From Candidatus Komeilibacteria bacterium (GTDB lineage: Bacteria > Patescibacteriota > Patescibacteriia > UBA1558), in the NCBI GenBank assembly GCA_048538275.1, contig JBLYPW010000001.1:113248-177247 (forward strand): a stretch of 64,000 nucleotides of DNA, read 5' to 3'. A program made the translations under genes and the position numbers. The notes below the pieces were generated by a model that saw only the letters and a list, made by a program, of their open reading frames with translations, did no database searches and had not been told where the DNA came from. Of the stretch, positions 41,118-52,448 are shown one piece after another. Every line of letters starts with the position of its first letter. The first letter of the stretch is position 1.

Positions 41118-41540
41118 TCAAGCTAGTTTTTTTAGACGCCTCATTATTTTGCCCATATCTTCAATATCAGCTTTGTTTAGTATTGCGCCATCTTCATACA
41201 ATGTATGTATTAATTTGGCTATTAATTCTTCCAGTTCTCCATCTACGTAAAACAATATGTCTCCTAAGTCTTTTTTTATATCAATTTCACTTTCAGCAAA
41301 ATAACGACTTGCCATTATTCCTGAATTTTTAAATAAATCTTCTGGAAACATACCTTCATTTGCCATTATTTTTCCCATGGCTATATATAATTGTTTATAT
41401 ACTCTTCTGAAAATTACTAATTTCGTTTCAAATATTTTTAACTTTTTACTTATATAATATTGAAAAATCATTCCGATGAGCACGCCAACAATAGAGCCAA
41501 TTCCAAGTTGTATAAAAAAGGCAGTAATTGTTTCTAGCAT
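41118..41540 (-). CDS. Hypothetical protein with N-terminal TM
   Basis: 140-aa ORF. Confidence 0.6.
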   Translation of the reverse strand: MLETITAFFIQLGIGSIVGVLIGMIFQYYISKKLKIFETKLVIFRRVYKQLYIAMGKIMANEGMFPEDLFKNSGIMASRYFAESEIDIKKDLGDILFYVDGELEELIAKLIHTLYEDGAILNKADIEDMGKIMRRLKKLA

Positions 41541-41595
41541 ATATTTATTGATTAATAAACTTATTTGCTTTAATCATATATAAAAATTGATGTTT

Positions 41596-42402
41596 TTATA
41601 GGTATTTTTTATTTAATTTTATTTTACCCTTTATACCGGTATTATATTTCAGAAAACTTTTTATGTCTATAATTTGTTGTATCTTGGTATTTATCTCATT
41701 ACAAGTATTGTGGTATTTTTTCCAGTTGTTTTTATCTTTGGTATATTCAAGGTCAGCAAATTCATCCTCAGCTATTTCAGCATAATAAAAGTCATCTTTC
41801 AGATTATCTTTATTGGTTATAAAGATATATTTAAGTATTTTATGAGCATTGGTAATTTTATTTTGTTTGCTAATAGGTACTTTTTTACCTTTGATATATA
41901 AAATGCTTTTAATTTCATCAAAATAGGTTTTCTCATCTTTATCGTTTGAAGTAATAAAGACTTTTTGATCAAGCTGGTCAAATACTTCACTATTTACCAC
42001 CTTAAAAGAAAGTTCAAGCATTTGTTTAGAATATGGTTTTGAGAAAAGTTTACGAAGCGAGTCAAATTCTTGCTTTTCTTTAAGACAGCAAGCTTTTACC
42101 TTTTTCATCTTGCCATGGATTATTTCAAGGTTTTTGTAATATATCCAAAACTCACTAGAAAAGAGAGCTTGTCCCTCAACATCTAGGAATTTATCCTCAT
42201 CAAGCAGTTCATCGGGTTTACCTATGAATTTAGCAGTGCTATCAAAAATATCTTGTAAAATATCTTTAATTAAGGGGTCTGAGTTTAAAAAACGAATATA
42301 CTTATACACAATAACAAAACGCTGAAAAATGTTTGTCTCAATCGAAAAAAGACGAGCAAACTCGTTCATCTTTTCTTTGATATTTCGAGCATGATTCATC
42401 AT
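41596..42402 (-). CDS. Hypothetical protein, possible C-terminal winged helix
   Basis: 268-aa ORF. Confidence 0.6.
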   Translation of the reverse strand: MMNHARNIKEKMNEFARLFSIETNIFQRFVIVYKYIRFLNSDPLIKDILQDIFDSTAKFIGKPDELLDEDKFLDVEGQALFSSEFWIYYKNLEIIHGKMKKVKACCLKEKQEFDSLRKLFSKPYSKQMLELSFKVVNSEVFDQLDQKVFITSNDKDEKTYFDEIKSILYIKGKKVPISKQNKITNAHKILKYIFITNKDNLKDDFYYAEIAEDEFADLEYTKDKNNWKKYHNTCNEINTKIQQIIDIKSFLKYNTGIKGKIKLNKKYL

Positions 42403-42634
42403 GATTTTGGCATGGGTCGTTTAGCATATTTCTTATCTATAAGTATAGAGGAAAATGTCTCATCTGAACAATTAGGCTATTAATAAGGAGTTTTTAAAGC
42501 ATAGCCCTTTACGGTGTGAATAAGTATTGTTTTAGCTAATTATATTTTTTGACTTTTTGGCTTATTTAAGGGATAATAAAGAGGATTTTATAATAAATAC
42601 ATTCTAACATTCAACGATAAGTTTCATATAAATT

Positions 42635-44404
42635 ATGGCAAAAAAAGATTATACAAATTGGAATAGAAAAGACTTAATCAAAGAGATTGAGCAGCTTCGC
42701 AAACGCAAAAAATATGGGCTTGTTTGGGAAAACAAACCGGAAAATGTTGTTGAGCAATGTAAAACAGAATTGCCAGTTTTGAAAGAAGTCAAAGACAAAG
42801 AAATAACTACCGACCCTGAAAAGCCAGTGAATTTATTGATTGAGGGCGACAACTATCATGCCCTTTCAGTTTTAAATTACACACACAAAGGTAAAATTGA
42901 TGTGATTTACATTGATCCGCCGTATAATACGGGAAATAAGGATTTCGTTTATAACGATCAATATGTTGATAAAGAAGATGCCTATCGACATAGTAAATGG
43001 ATCTCATTCATGGAAAAAAGACTCTCTCTCGCAAAACCATTACTGAAAACAAATGGAGCAATTTTTGTATCAATTGACGATAATGAGTACCCAAGATTAA
43101 TGATGTTAATGGAAGAAATTTTTGGAGAAAACAAACTAAAAACCGTTTGTGTGAAAATGTCAGAAGCTACTGGTGTTAAAATGGCTAGTGTAATTAAAAA
43201 TGGCAGAATCCCCAAATTAAAAGAATATTTAGTTATAGCAAAAAGAAATGGGATAAAAGATTTATATTTAGAAAAACTACCTAAAGAGCAGTGGGATAGC
43301 GAATATAAAACAATTATCCTAAATACTACAGAGAAAGAAATAAATAAAATCAAAGAAATAAGAGATGACGAGGAAAGAACCGAGGAAGATATTAATTTTT
43401 GTAATAAAAAAATAAGCAGATGGAAAACCTGCTCATTATCTGAATATTTCTCACAAAACAATATCTCAAAAAAAGAGCAGGATGATTTTAAATATAAAAA
43501 TGCGTGGAGAATACTGCAAATTGCCACACTAACAGGTGGTTCTAGAGATAAGGCTGCTGACATTAAAAATAGTTTTTCGAAAGAAGTGCCTGCTTTTTTC
43601 TGTTTAACAACACCACAAAAGAAAATGTATTTGATAAGCGGAACTTTTAATCATGAAACAAAACTTCCCCGATGCAAAGTTTTATTTGCAGATGATTATT
43701 TAACTATACACCCCGGTGATTTTTGGACAGACATAAAAACAACTGGCTTAGATAATGAGGGTGGCGTTGATTTCAGAAATGGTAAAAAGCCAATAAAATT
43801 ATTAGAAAAAGTAGTTAAAACTTACGAAAACAAAAATATTACTGTTTTAGATTTTTTTGCAGGTTCAGGAACATCTGCGGAGGCGGTCTTAAAACTAAAT
43901 AATGAAGATAAAGGAAACAGAAAGTTTATTTTATGTAGTTATAACGAAGAAAATGGAAATGGGAAAATTGTTGATGAATATTGTTATCCAAGAGTAGAAA
44001 AAGCTATCCGTGGCTATAACACCAAAAAAGGTTATGGTGGAAATCTTAAATATTACAAAACTGCTTTTGTTCCAGCCGAACCAACAGACAAAAACAAAAT
44101 TGCAATGACCGAAAAAGCAACGGAAATGCTTTGTGTAAAAGAAGATACTTTTGAAGAAGTAAAATCAACAAAGCAATATAAAATTTTTCGAAATAAGAAA
44201 CGATATACCGGGATTGTTTTCGATCATCAAGCGATAGATAATTTTAAAAAGGAAATTGTAAAAATTGACGGCAAATTCAGTCTTTATATTTTCTCGCTCG
44301 GCGATGATACTTTTGACGAGGAGTTTGAAGATATGAAGAAAAAAGTAAAATTATCACCAATACCGGAAGCGATACTACGAGTTTATCGCAGAATATTTAA
44401 ATAA
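42635..44404 (+). CDS. mod: Type III R-M DNA methyltransferase (Mod)
   Basis: IEGDN, IYIDPPYNTG, KP..L, LDFFAGSGT. Confidence 0.92.
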   Translation: MAKKDYTNWNRKDLIKEIEQLRKRKKYGLVWENKPENVVEQCKTELPVLKEVKDKEITTDPEKPVNLLIEGDNYHALSVLNYTHKGKIDVIYIDPPYNTGNKDFVYNDQYVDKEDAYRHSKWISFMEKRLSLAKPLLKTNGAIFVSIDDNEYPRLMMLMEEIFGENKLKTVCVKMSEATGVKMASVIKNGRIPKLKEYLVIAKRNGIKDLYLEKLPKEQWDSEYKTIILNTTEKEINKIKEIRDDEERTEEDINFCNKKISRWKTCSLSEYFSQNNISKKEQDDFKYKNAWRILQIATLTGGSRDKAADIKNSFSKEVPAFFCLTTPQKKMYLISGTFNHETKLPRCKVLFADDYLTIHPGDFWTDIKTTGLDNEGGVDFRNGKKPIKLLEKVVKTYENKNITVLDFFAGSGTSAEAVLKLNNEDKGNRKFILCSYNEENGNGKIVDEYCYPRVEKAIRGYNTKKGYGGNLKYYKTAFVPAEPTDKNKIAMTEKATEMLCVKEDTFEEVKSTKQYKIFRNKKRYTGIVFDHQAIDNFKKEIVKIDGKFSLYIFSLGDDTFDEEFEDMKKKVKLSPIPEAILRVYRRIFK

Positions 44405-44415
44405 TTGGAAAAACT

Positions 44416-46629
44416 ATGCAACTAAAAGATTATCAAACTACGGCTATAAAAAAACTCCTCACCAGAAGCAAGGAATTGCTGGCACAAAGTGGCGAGAAGA
44501 AAGTTATTTTCAAAGCTCCGACTGGATCGGGCAAAACCATAATGACGGCGGAATTTTTGAAGCAACTCATTGACGACAAAGAAATCAAAACCCCCCTTTC
44601 GTTTATTTGGACTGCTCCAAGAAAATTACACACACAAAGCAAGGAAAAGCTGGAAAAGTATTATGAAGATACAAGAGCTTTGGAATGTTCCGACTTTGAA
44701 GATTTGACCGACAAACAAATTGGCGAAAATGAAATTTTGTTTTTGAATTGGGAAAGCATAAACAAAAAAGACAAAAATACAATTGTAAAAGAGAATGAGA
44801 AAGAATTTTACCTCGGCAAGATTGTTGAGAATACAAAGGAAGAAGGACGAGAAATCGTCTTGATTATTGACGAAAGTCATCACCATGCCACAAGCGAAAT
44901 CTCGCAAGATTTAATTTCAGATATCGCCCCACGACTAACGATTGAAGTTTCCGCTACTCCTGTTATTTCAAATCCAGACGAGATTGTTTCTGTGCCTTTA
45001 GAAGATGTAAAACTGGAAGGGATGATAAAAAAATCAGTTGTTCTTAATCCAAATTTTAAAAATGTTTTATCTGGCGACAGCTTAAAAACCAAGCTTGCTG
45101 ACGGAACTGATGCAATGGTGCTTGAAGAAGCACTAAAGAAACGAGAAGAAATCGCAAAAGCATACAAAGAAGCAGGAATTGATATAAACCCGCTTTTACT
45201 TATCCAGCTACCAGACCGAAAAACACAAGCGGAAGATCAAGTCAAAAATGATGTTGTGCGGATTTTGAAAGATAAATACGGAATGACAACGGAAAACGGT
45301 AGACTAGCGATTTACTTATCAGAAGAAAAAGAAAATCTTGAGAATATCGCAAAAAATAATCACGAAACTGAAGTTTTGATTTTTAAGCAAGCAATCGCCT
45401 TAGGTTGGGATTGTCCTCGCGCTCAAGTTTTGGTGCTTTTCAGAGATTGGAAAAGTCTTACATTTTCGGTCCAAACAGTCGGGCGAATTATGCGTATGCC
45501 CGAGCCAGACACAGGTCACTACAAACAAGAAATATTGAATCACGGCTTTGTGTTTACAAATCTTGCTGATATTGAAATCAAGGAAGACATGGCAAGAAGC
45601 TATGTAACGATATATACCAGCCAAAGAATTGAAAGCTACAAGCCAATCAAATTAGAATCTGTTTACCGCTTGCGACAACGAGAAAAGACTCGTTTAAGTC
45701 CGAAATTTATCAATATCTTTTTAGATGAGGCTAAAAAGTACGATCTCGAAAAGAAAATTGAAACCAAAGGACAAAAACTGGAACTGTCTTTAATTTCTGA
45801 TTACGAGGCGGAAGGCGTTGATAAATTGGCAAACGAGGAAATCAAAGGCGAAGCCAAAATCAACACTGAAAACGAAGCTGATTTACAAAAGCTATATGAC
45901 TTTTTTGTAAAGAATAATCTATCGCCTTTTTATCCCGAAGATCGCTCAATCGGCAGACTGAAAGAAGCGATTTATTACTTTTTCAGAATGCGCCTTGGCA
46001 TGGAATACACCGACCGTTTTGCTGAAATCATCAATATTGTATTAAGTCCGAAAAATAGCCAACATTTTATAAATGTTATTGATAGCACCAAAGAAAAATA
46101 TATTGCCGAAACTCAAAAACGAGAAGCAGAACTGCAAAAATCAGCTGACTGGGAATTGCCTGAAATGTTGAACTATGGCGGAAACTTTACGGAGTTTAAA
46201 ACCAAATTATCAGCAATGAAGCCGTTTTATTACGACAACAAATGGAAAACTGAAGAAGCATTTATCAAATTTCTTGAAAAATCAGATCAAATTGAATGGT
46301 GGTTTAAAAACGGCGACCGAGACGCTACATTTTTTGCCGTGCCCTATGTTGAAAATGACGAGCAAAAACCTTTTTATGTTGATTTCATTGTAAAATATAA
46401 AGACGGAAAAATTGCTTTGTTTGATACGAAAAGCGGAAACACAATCAAAGACGCACGAGAAAAAAGCGATGGTTTGCAGGAATATACAAAAAAGAACAAA
46501 AACATTACCGGTGGAATTATGGCAAACACAAATTCCAAAGATTTTTCTGGTCGCTGGATGTGCTACAAGGGACAAGGAAATGAACTTAATCCTGATGACT
46601 TTTCTAATTGGGAATTGTTGGAAGTATAA
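44416..46629 (+). CDS. res: Type III R-M restriction subunit (Res)
   Basis: PTGSGKT, IDESH, GWDCP, QTVGRIMR, C-terminal VDFIV..DTK nuclease motif. Confidence 0.9.
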   Translation: MQLKDYQTTAIKKLLTRSKELLAQSGEKKVIFKAPTGSGKTIMTAEFLKQLIDDKEIKTPLSFIWTAPRKLHTQSKEKLEKYYEDTRALECSDFEDLTDKQIGENEILFLNWESINKKDKNTIVKENEKEFYLGKIVENTKEEGREIVLIIDESHHHATSEISQDLISDIAPRLTIEVSATPVISNPDEIVSVPLEDVKLEGMIKKSVVLNPNFKNVLSGDSLKTKLADGTDAMVLEEALKKREEIAKAYKEAGIDINPLLLIQLPDRKTQAEDQVKNDVVRILKDKYGMTTENGRLAIYLSEEKENLENIAKNNHETEVLIFKQAIALGWDCPRAQVLVLFRDWKSLTFSVQTVGRIMRMPEPDTGHYKQEILNHGFVFTNLADIEIKEDMARSYVTIYTSQRIESYKPIKLESVYRLRQREKTRLSPKFINIFLDEAKKYDLEKKIETKGQKLELSLISDYEAEGVDKLANEEIKGEAKINTENEADLQKLYDFFVKNNLSPFYPEDRSIGRLKEAIYYFFRMRLGMEYTDRFAEIINIVLSPKNSQHFINVIDSTKEKYIAETQKREAELQKSADWELPEMLNYGGNFTEFKTKLSAMKPFYYDNKWKTEEAFIKFLEKSDQIEWWFKNGDRDATFFAVPYVENDEQKPFYVDFIVKYKDGKIALFDTKSGNTIKDAREKSDGLQEYTKKNKNITGGIMANTNSKDFSGRWMCYKGQGNELNPDDFSNWELLEV

Positions 46630-48389
46630 TTATGAGAGTAAAATATCTTACAATTCGGAATTTTCGTGGCATAGACAAATTGGAGAATTTGGAAATTTCT
46701 AATTTGAATACTTTTGTCGGAAAAAATGATGCTGGCAAATCAGCAATCCTTAGAGCTTTAGCGTGTTTTTTTGACGTCAAGAAATTTGATATAAAAGATG
46801 TTTTTAAGGGAAAACAAGATAATGACGTAACTTCCATAGAAATATCTTTTGAACCGTCAGTTGAAATTGATGATCTTGCTTTAGACAGTAGAAAACTGAT
46901 TACGATCAAAAAAGAATTTGTCGTTGTTAATGGTAAAGCAAAATCATCTGAATACTACCTATCTAATGACTACATTGATGAAAAGTATCAAAATCTTTGG
47001 AATAAAAAGGAACAAGATTTAAATCAAATTATTTCTGATCTTGGAGAGGAACCAAACAAATCAGGACGAGGTAAGAAAAATATAATTCGAATAGATCAAA
47101 TTAAAACGGCACTCGCAAGAAATATTAGAACGGACACCTACCATGAACTTGAAGACTTTTTAAAAAACATTGAAAAAACCTACAAAATCAGTTTACCTGA
47201 ATACTCCCTTTTTGACGCCGAGCAAGATTTGAATATTGAAGCGACAAATTTTCAATCTCAATTTAAGCCGATTATTTCAGCATATTTTGAAACTACAAAG
47301 GACAAAACCGCAGAAATTGAGAAGGGTCTTAAACAAGACTTGGCGACTGAATTTGAAGAGATTAGAAAGTATATGACAAAAAATGTTTCTGGGTTGAAAA
47401 AACTTAATCCTACAACGGATTTTGATTGGTCCAAATCGTTAAAAAAGTTTGATTTAAACTTGGAATTTGAGGGTCAAAATTTTGATGTTCCAATTTCTCA
47501 TAAAGGCACCGGCTTTAAAAGATTGTTAATGGTTGCGTATTTTGAATATTTAGCAAACAAGAAAAGCATAAAAAATCAAATTTTCGCCATTGAAGAGCCG
47601 GAAACATATCTTCACCCCTCTGCACAGCAAGACCTTCTAAACTCTATTGTAAGAATTTCTGAAGATTCACAGTTTTTTCTAACAACACATTCACCGGTTT
47701 TTGCTGGAGCAACTGACGGAAAAAATTCAATTTTAGTTATAAAAGATGAACTTGGTATATCTCATTATTCAAGAGAGGAACAAGATATTATAGATCAAAT
47801 TATAAATGAACTGGGAATAAGACCAGACTACAATCTCTTAAAAGAAATTAAGTATTTAATTTTTGTCGAGGGTGTAGACGACATTCACTTTTTAAAAACA
47901 TACGCAAAAACCGTACTAAATAAAGATTTGGAAAATGACAAGATACTTTGTGTTATTGGTGGTGGCGGATCATTAAAAAATTATGCAGACCTTAATTTAT
48001 TTAAAAAACTAAAAGGCAATAATCTTTATTCCGTGATGGTTGATGGGGATGACCAGTCAAACGGAAAAGCTAAATGGTGCGAAAGAATAAAAGCTAAATG
48101 CGATGAAGATACAGCTGATTTTAAGAAATTGAGTAAGAGAGAAATTGAAAATTATTGTCATCCTCAGGCAATATGTAGAAAATGCACAGATTTAGATATT
48201 TCTAAAATTGCCATTCAAGATGACACTGACGTTGCAAAACACCTGAAAGAGATAGGTTTAGTAAAGAATTTTAAAAATGATCTAAATATTGAAGTTTTTA
48301 ATGAAATGACAAAAGAAGAGTGGGAGCAAACAGATTCAAATAATGAAGTTAAAGTTTTTATCGAAGCAATATACACAAAAATATCATGA
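46608..48389 (+). CDS. OLD-family ATP-dependent nuclease (ABC ATPase + TOPRIM); start probably 46632
   Basis: [43 protein letters not shown]. Confidence 0.88.
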   Translation: MGIVGSIIMRVKYLTIRNFRGIDKLENLEISNLNTFVGKNDAGKSAILRALACFFDVKKFDIKDVFKGKQDNDVTSIEISFEPSVEIDDLALDSRKLITIKKEFVVVNGKAKSSEYYLSNDYIDEKYQNLWNKKEQDLNQIISDLGEEPNKSGRGKKNIIRIDQIKTALARNIRTDTYHELEDFLKNIEKTYKISLPEYSLFDAEQDLNIEATNFQSQFKPIISAYFETTKDKTAEIEKGLKQDLATEFEEIRKYMTKNVSGLKKLNPTTDFDWSKSLKKFDLNLEFEGQNFDVPISHKGTGFKRLLMVAYFEYLANKKSIKNQIFAIEEPETYLHPSAQQDLLNSIVRISEDSQFFLTTHSPVFAGATDGKNSILVIKDELGISHYSREEQDIIDQIINELGIRPDYNLLKEIKYLIFVEGVDDIHFLKTYAKTVLNKDLENDKILCVIGGGGSLKNYADLNLFKKLKGNNLYSVMVDGDDQSNGKAKWCERIKAKCDEDTADFKKLSKREIENYCHPQAICRKCTDLDISKIAIQDDTDVAKHLKEIGLVKNFKNDLNIEVFNEMTKEEWEQTDSNNEVKVFIEAIYTKIS

Positions 48390-49645
48390 ACGAAATAATA
48401 TGTCCAAAATGTAAAAAAGTTTTCAAAGTCGATGAGGCTGGTTTTGCTGATATACTAAAACAGGTGCGCGACCATAAATTTGAAGAAGAGTTACAGGAAC
48501 GATTAAGCATTGCTGAAAAAGAAAAAGAAAATGCTATTAAATTAGCTGAATCTAATCTAAAAAATACATTACAAGAGGAGTTAACGAAGAAAGATAAGGA
48601 GCTATCAGAATTAAGAGTCGAAAAGGATCGTAATCTTGCGGAACAATTGGCAAAAAAAGAAGCCGAGCTCACCCAAATGAAATCAAAGATTGATAAGGCA
48701 GAAGTAGAGCAAAAACTCAGTGTCACTCAAGCAGTTAATACAGTAGAAAAAGAACGAGATGATCTTAGGGTTAAATTGCAAAGTAAAGAACAAGAAATAC
48801 AACTTCGAGAGGTTTCATTAAAAGAAAAATATGAAAATGAATTAAAAACAAAGGACGAAGTTATTGAGAGGTATAAAGACATGAAGCTAAAGCTTTCTAC
48901 CAAAATGGTTGGCGAAACTTTAGAGCAACACTGTGAAACAGAATTCAATAAATTACGTGCTACTGCCTTTCAAAAAGCTTATTTTGAAAAAGATAATGAT
49001 GCTAGTAGTGGTAGTAAGGGGGATTATATTTATCGCGAAACTGATGAAGCAAAAAATGAAATTATCTCTATTATGTTTGAAATGAAAAATGAGGGAGATG
49101 AAACTGCTACAAAAAAACGAAATGAAGACTTTTTAAAAGAATTAGATAAAGATCGTACCGAGAAAAAATGTGAATACGCAGTTCTTGTTTCGCTTTTAGA
49201 GGCAGATAGTGAATACTATAATACTGGTATTGTTGATGTTTCTCATAAATATCCAAAGATGTATGTTGTCCGACCACAATTTTTTATTCCTATTATTACA
49301 TTGCTTCGTAATGCTTCTTTGAAATCAATGCAATATAAAACAGAGTTAGCGATAGTAAAAGCACAAAACATTGATGTAACTAATTTTGAAAATCAACTTA
49401 ATGATTTTCGTGATTCATTTGGTCGGAATTGGCGCTTAGCTTCAGAAAAATTTGCAACCGCTATTGATAGTATTGATAAATCAATTGCTCAGTTACAAAA
49501 AACAAAAGAAAACCTCTTACGATCAGAAGATAATTTAAGAATTGCAAACAACAAAGCAGACGAATTAACAGTAAAAAAATTAACAAGAGGTAATCCCACA
49601 ATGACAGCTAAATTCGCAGAGATTAATGAAATTGACAAAAAATAA
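48386..49645 (+). CDS. DUF2130 family protein
   Basis: ICPKC, long coiled coil, [23 protein letters not shown]. Confidence 0.85.
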   Translation: MNEIICPKCKKVFKVDEAGFADILKQVRDHKFEEELQERLSIAEKEKENAIKLAESNLKNTLQEELTKKDKELSELRVEKDRNLAEQLAKKEAELTQMKSKIDKAEVEQKLSVTQAVNTVEKERDDLRVKLQSKEQEIQLREVSLKEKYENELKTKDEVIERYKDMKLKLSTKMVGETLEQHCETEFNKLRATAFQKAYFEKDNDASSGSKGDYIYRETDEAKNEIISIMFEMKNEGDETATKKRNEDFLKELDKDRTEKKCEYAVLVSLLEADSEYYNTGIVDVSHKYPKMYVVRPQFFIPIITLLRNASLKSMQYKTELAIVKAQNIDVTNFENQLNDFRDSFGRNWRLASEKFATAIDSIDKSIAQLQKTKENLLRSEDNLRIANNKADELTVKKLTRGNPTMTAKFAEINEIDKK

Positions 49646-49950
49646 TATTATCTATAATTTATTTAGCTTGAATCAGCAAAAATAGTTCTAAAGTCGTCCC
49701 GGTATGCGAGCCAAGAGAAACGATGCTATTTAAGTATCGTTTTTCTTTTTTAACTTGGCTCGATTTTTTTTGTGGCTTTTTTATAGTTGCCTTTGCTCTA
49801 CCCGTCCAGCGTGCATTTCGCGCGACCAAGCTGCGTCATAAATTCTCAATGGACAATAAAAACAGCTCAACTTTTTGAGGTGTTTTTGAGTTTACATTGT
49901 GGAGGACAGGGTGTATTATGATAGGGTAAATTAATCATTTATATGCAAAT

Positions 49951-51456
49951 ATGGAACATACTAGTAGTAGTAAATTGAGCAAAAACTTAATTTTGGAACT
50001 TTTATTTAGTACGGGTTTAGCTATTTTTTGGGTTATTTTTTTATGGAATTTTTGGGATAAAGGAGTTTATGTTTTAGGTTTTAATGCCACTATTTTTGGC
50101 TTTATTTTTTTACTTTTATTTATTTGGGTCTTGTATAGAAAAAATTATTATATAAAAAATGATTTGTTTTGGATTATTCCTATCGGGTTAATTTTTTTGA
50201 GTTATTCTTTATATGATAATCCTTTTTTGAAAATGATTAGTTTAGTGGTCACGCCTATTATGTTGGTGCTTTTTTATAATCAAGCTTTCTGGCCTGATAA
50301 AAAAACCAAACTTTGGGATTTGACCTTTATTTTTAGAATTATTGGTAGGTTTTTTTCTTTTCTGCCAAAACTCAGTCAAACAGCACGGCTTTATTTAAGC
50401 TTACTCATGCCTGTTAACAAAGCTAAGCAGAGCATTATAGTTAGAATTATCGGCGGGATTATTTTATTTTTAATAATTGCCCTAACGGTTTTTATCCCGC
50501 TTTTGTCATCAGCCGATCTGATGTTTGCTGATAAAATGCAAGCTATAAATGAGTGGTTTTTGCATATATTTTCTTCGCTTTTTGTTTATAAATTATTAGT
50601 TGTTCTAGCATTGATGCTGGTATTTTTTTCCGCCTTGCAAGCCTGGGGTAGAAAATTTGATTATCAAGCCAAAGAAGAATTTGATACTAAGATTGATTCC
50701 ATTATATCCGGCATCGTCTTGGGCGGTATTCTTTGTTTATATTTATTATTCTTAGGAGTGCAAATAAACCGCTTATGGATTGGGGCGCTACCTTTTGATT
50801 TTCAAGAAACAGAAAGTTTAGTAAAGAGTGGTTTTTGGCAATTACTAGTTTTATCTATTATCAATATTTTAATATATTTTACTACCTACAGAAAAACCAC
50901 ACTATGGGTACAAAGAATATTAACGGTCTTTACAGTCGCGTCATTATTTTTATTGATTTCCGCGGGCTATCGTATGGGGCTTTATATTACTTATTATGGG
51001 CTTAGTTATGAAAAGTTTTTTGCTTCTTATACCGTCATCTATTGTGCTATTTTATTTATTTGGTTGATTATTCAGTTATTTCTCAAACGGGGAGCTAATA
51101 TATTGAAGTTTATAATAATTCTTTTTCTGTGGATGTATGCTTTAGTTAGCATTGCTCCGGTTGAACAATTTATATTACGTAGCAATATTGCCTTGAGCCA
51201 AGTTAATGGATCAAGAATTAGATTGTTTGAACTGACAATGTTATCGCCAGATATTCTTTCTTTGGTGAAAAAATATGAACAACGAGGATTATTACAAGAG
51301 AATGTTGGTTATCTTTCTCGGGAAAAAGAAAATAAAACTAATGATAAGTTTGATTGGCATCCGTGGATTGAGCGTCAAGAAAAAACAATAGCAGATAAAG
51401 TTTGGTATGAAAAAAATTTCACCAATGTTTTATACTCAATAAATAACGATCAATAA
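49951..51456 (+). CDS. DUF4153/DUF4173-like membrane protein
   Basis: Multi-TM, LLSSAD..F, GFWQL, RMGLYI..YGL. Confidence 0.75.
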   Translation: MEHTSSSKLSKNLILELLFSTGLAIFWVIFLWNFWDKGVYVLGFNATIFGFIFLLLFIWVLYRKNYYIKNDLFWIIPIGLIFLSYSLYDNPFLKMISLVVTPIMLVLFYNQAFWPDKKTKLWDLTFIFRIIGRFFSFLPKLSQTARLYLSLLMPVNKAKQSIIVRIIGGIILFLIIALTVFIPLLSSADLMFADKMQAINEWFLHIFSSLFVYKLLVVLALMLVFFSALQAWGRKFDYQAKEEFDTKIDSIISGIVLGGILCLYLLFLGVQINRLWIGALPFDFQETESLVKSGFWQLLVLSIINILIYFTTYRKTTLWVQRILTVFTVASLFLLISAGYRMGLYITYYGLSYEKFFASYTVIYCAILFIWLIIQLFLKRGANILKFIIILFLWMYALVSIAPVEQFILRSNIALSQVNGSRIRLFELTMLSPDILSLVKKYEQRGLLQENVGYLSREKENKTNDKFDWHPWIERQEKTIADKVWYEKNFTNVLYSINNDQ

Positions 51457-51460
51457 TGCA

Positions 51461-52351
51461 TTGCTGCTCAATATGAAAAAACCAATCATAATTTTAATCA
51501 TTATACTTGCGTTGATTACTTTAGTTGCGTTGTATTGGTTTGTGAGAGGTGATGCCTGTTTGACTCAGCCACCATATTTTAATTGTCATATACAAAATAA
51601 GTTTGCGGAAATAGATGCCGAATTTAACAATTTATCAGGCCAAATTTTAAGTTTAAACGAGCCATCTATTTTTAATATTGATAAATATGATGGTATATTT
51701 TCTTTTGATCATATAGGAGAAGATACAGATGTTGGTGTTGGTTGGACTAGAATAATGCAAAATGAGGAGATTAGGGATTCTTTGGGGTTTTATACCAATT
51801 ATATTGATCCTATACTGACGCCTTTGACCGAAAATACATTGATAGGTTCGGCATGGCAATGGCCAAAAGATAGTAAACTGTATAATGGGCCATTTTTTAA
51901 TTATTATTTGGACTTTAGTAGACGACAAACTACTGTGCTACCCACCAAAGGCAAATTAATGGCCAAGTCATCAGATGGTAAAAAAGTTGTTTTTTTGGAG
52001 AGTGAATGTGTCAAAAATCCCGCTGTTATGGAAATAGATCATAGCTGTAATAATAAAAATTTAAGTTTAAGGTTAATTACCTTGCCTCCTGTGAATGATG
52101 GCTATTTTATTACACATTTTGAAGCGACAAAATTACTTGATTTTAATCATATTATTTTTTCTCCCGACGATACGAGATTAGTCATAGAGGCCAAAATTGA
52201 AGCCATGGACTATGACACGCCCACCGCATATTGGAATTTGTTTATCATTGATACTGAAAACGGAGAAATTATTAAACAAAATAATAGATTATCAAAGAGT
52301 AGATATGAGCATGTTTTTTGGTCTGATAATGTTAATATAATTTATTGGTAA
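51461..52351 (+). CDS. Secreted or membrane-anchored hypothetical protein (start probably 51473)
   Basis: N-terminal TM, propeller-like SPD motifs. Confidence 0.65.
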   Translation: MLLNMKKPIIILIIILALITLVALYWFVRGDACLTQPPYFNCHIQNKFAEIDAEFNNLSGQILSLNEPSIFNIDKYDGIFSFDHIGEDTDVGVGWTRIMQNEEIRDSLGFYTNYIDPILTPLTENTLIGSAWQWPKDSKLYNGPFFNYYLDFSRRQTTVLPTKGKLMAKSSDGKKVVFLESECVKNPAVMEIDHSCNNKNLSLRLITLPPVNDGYFITHFEATKLLDFNHIIFSPDDTRLVIEAKIEAMDYDTPTAYWNLFIIDTENGEIIKQNNRLSKSRYEHVFWSDNVNIIYW

Positions 52352-52448
52352 ATTGATGATTATGTCGCCTGTCAATAATGCGCTTTTTTGTTTATATTAG
52401 AAAAGTTTATTATAATGACGGTGTAGTAAATAATTAATTTATTATTTT

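Larger units (their letters stand above)
33878..49713. mobile_element. Inovirus-like (filamentous) prophage with defence cargo, integrated at tRNA-Asn
   Basis: GAGCCA core at 33878-33883 and 49708-49713; serine integrase, HUH Rep, Zot/pI ATPase, coat-like small TM genes; lower GC. The core is only 6 bp, so the right boundary is inferred. Confidence 0.82.

Noticed and set aside
49800-49850. CGCAGCTTGGTCGCGC on the minus strand, resembling a tRNA-Pro D-arm
   Set aside because: No acceptor stem or T-arm found; too short to support.
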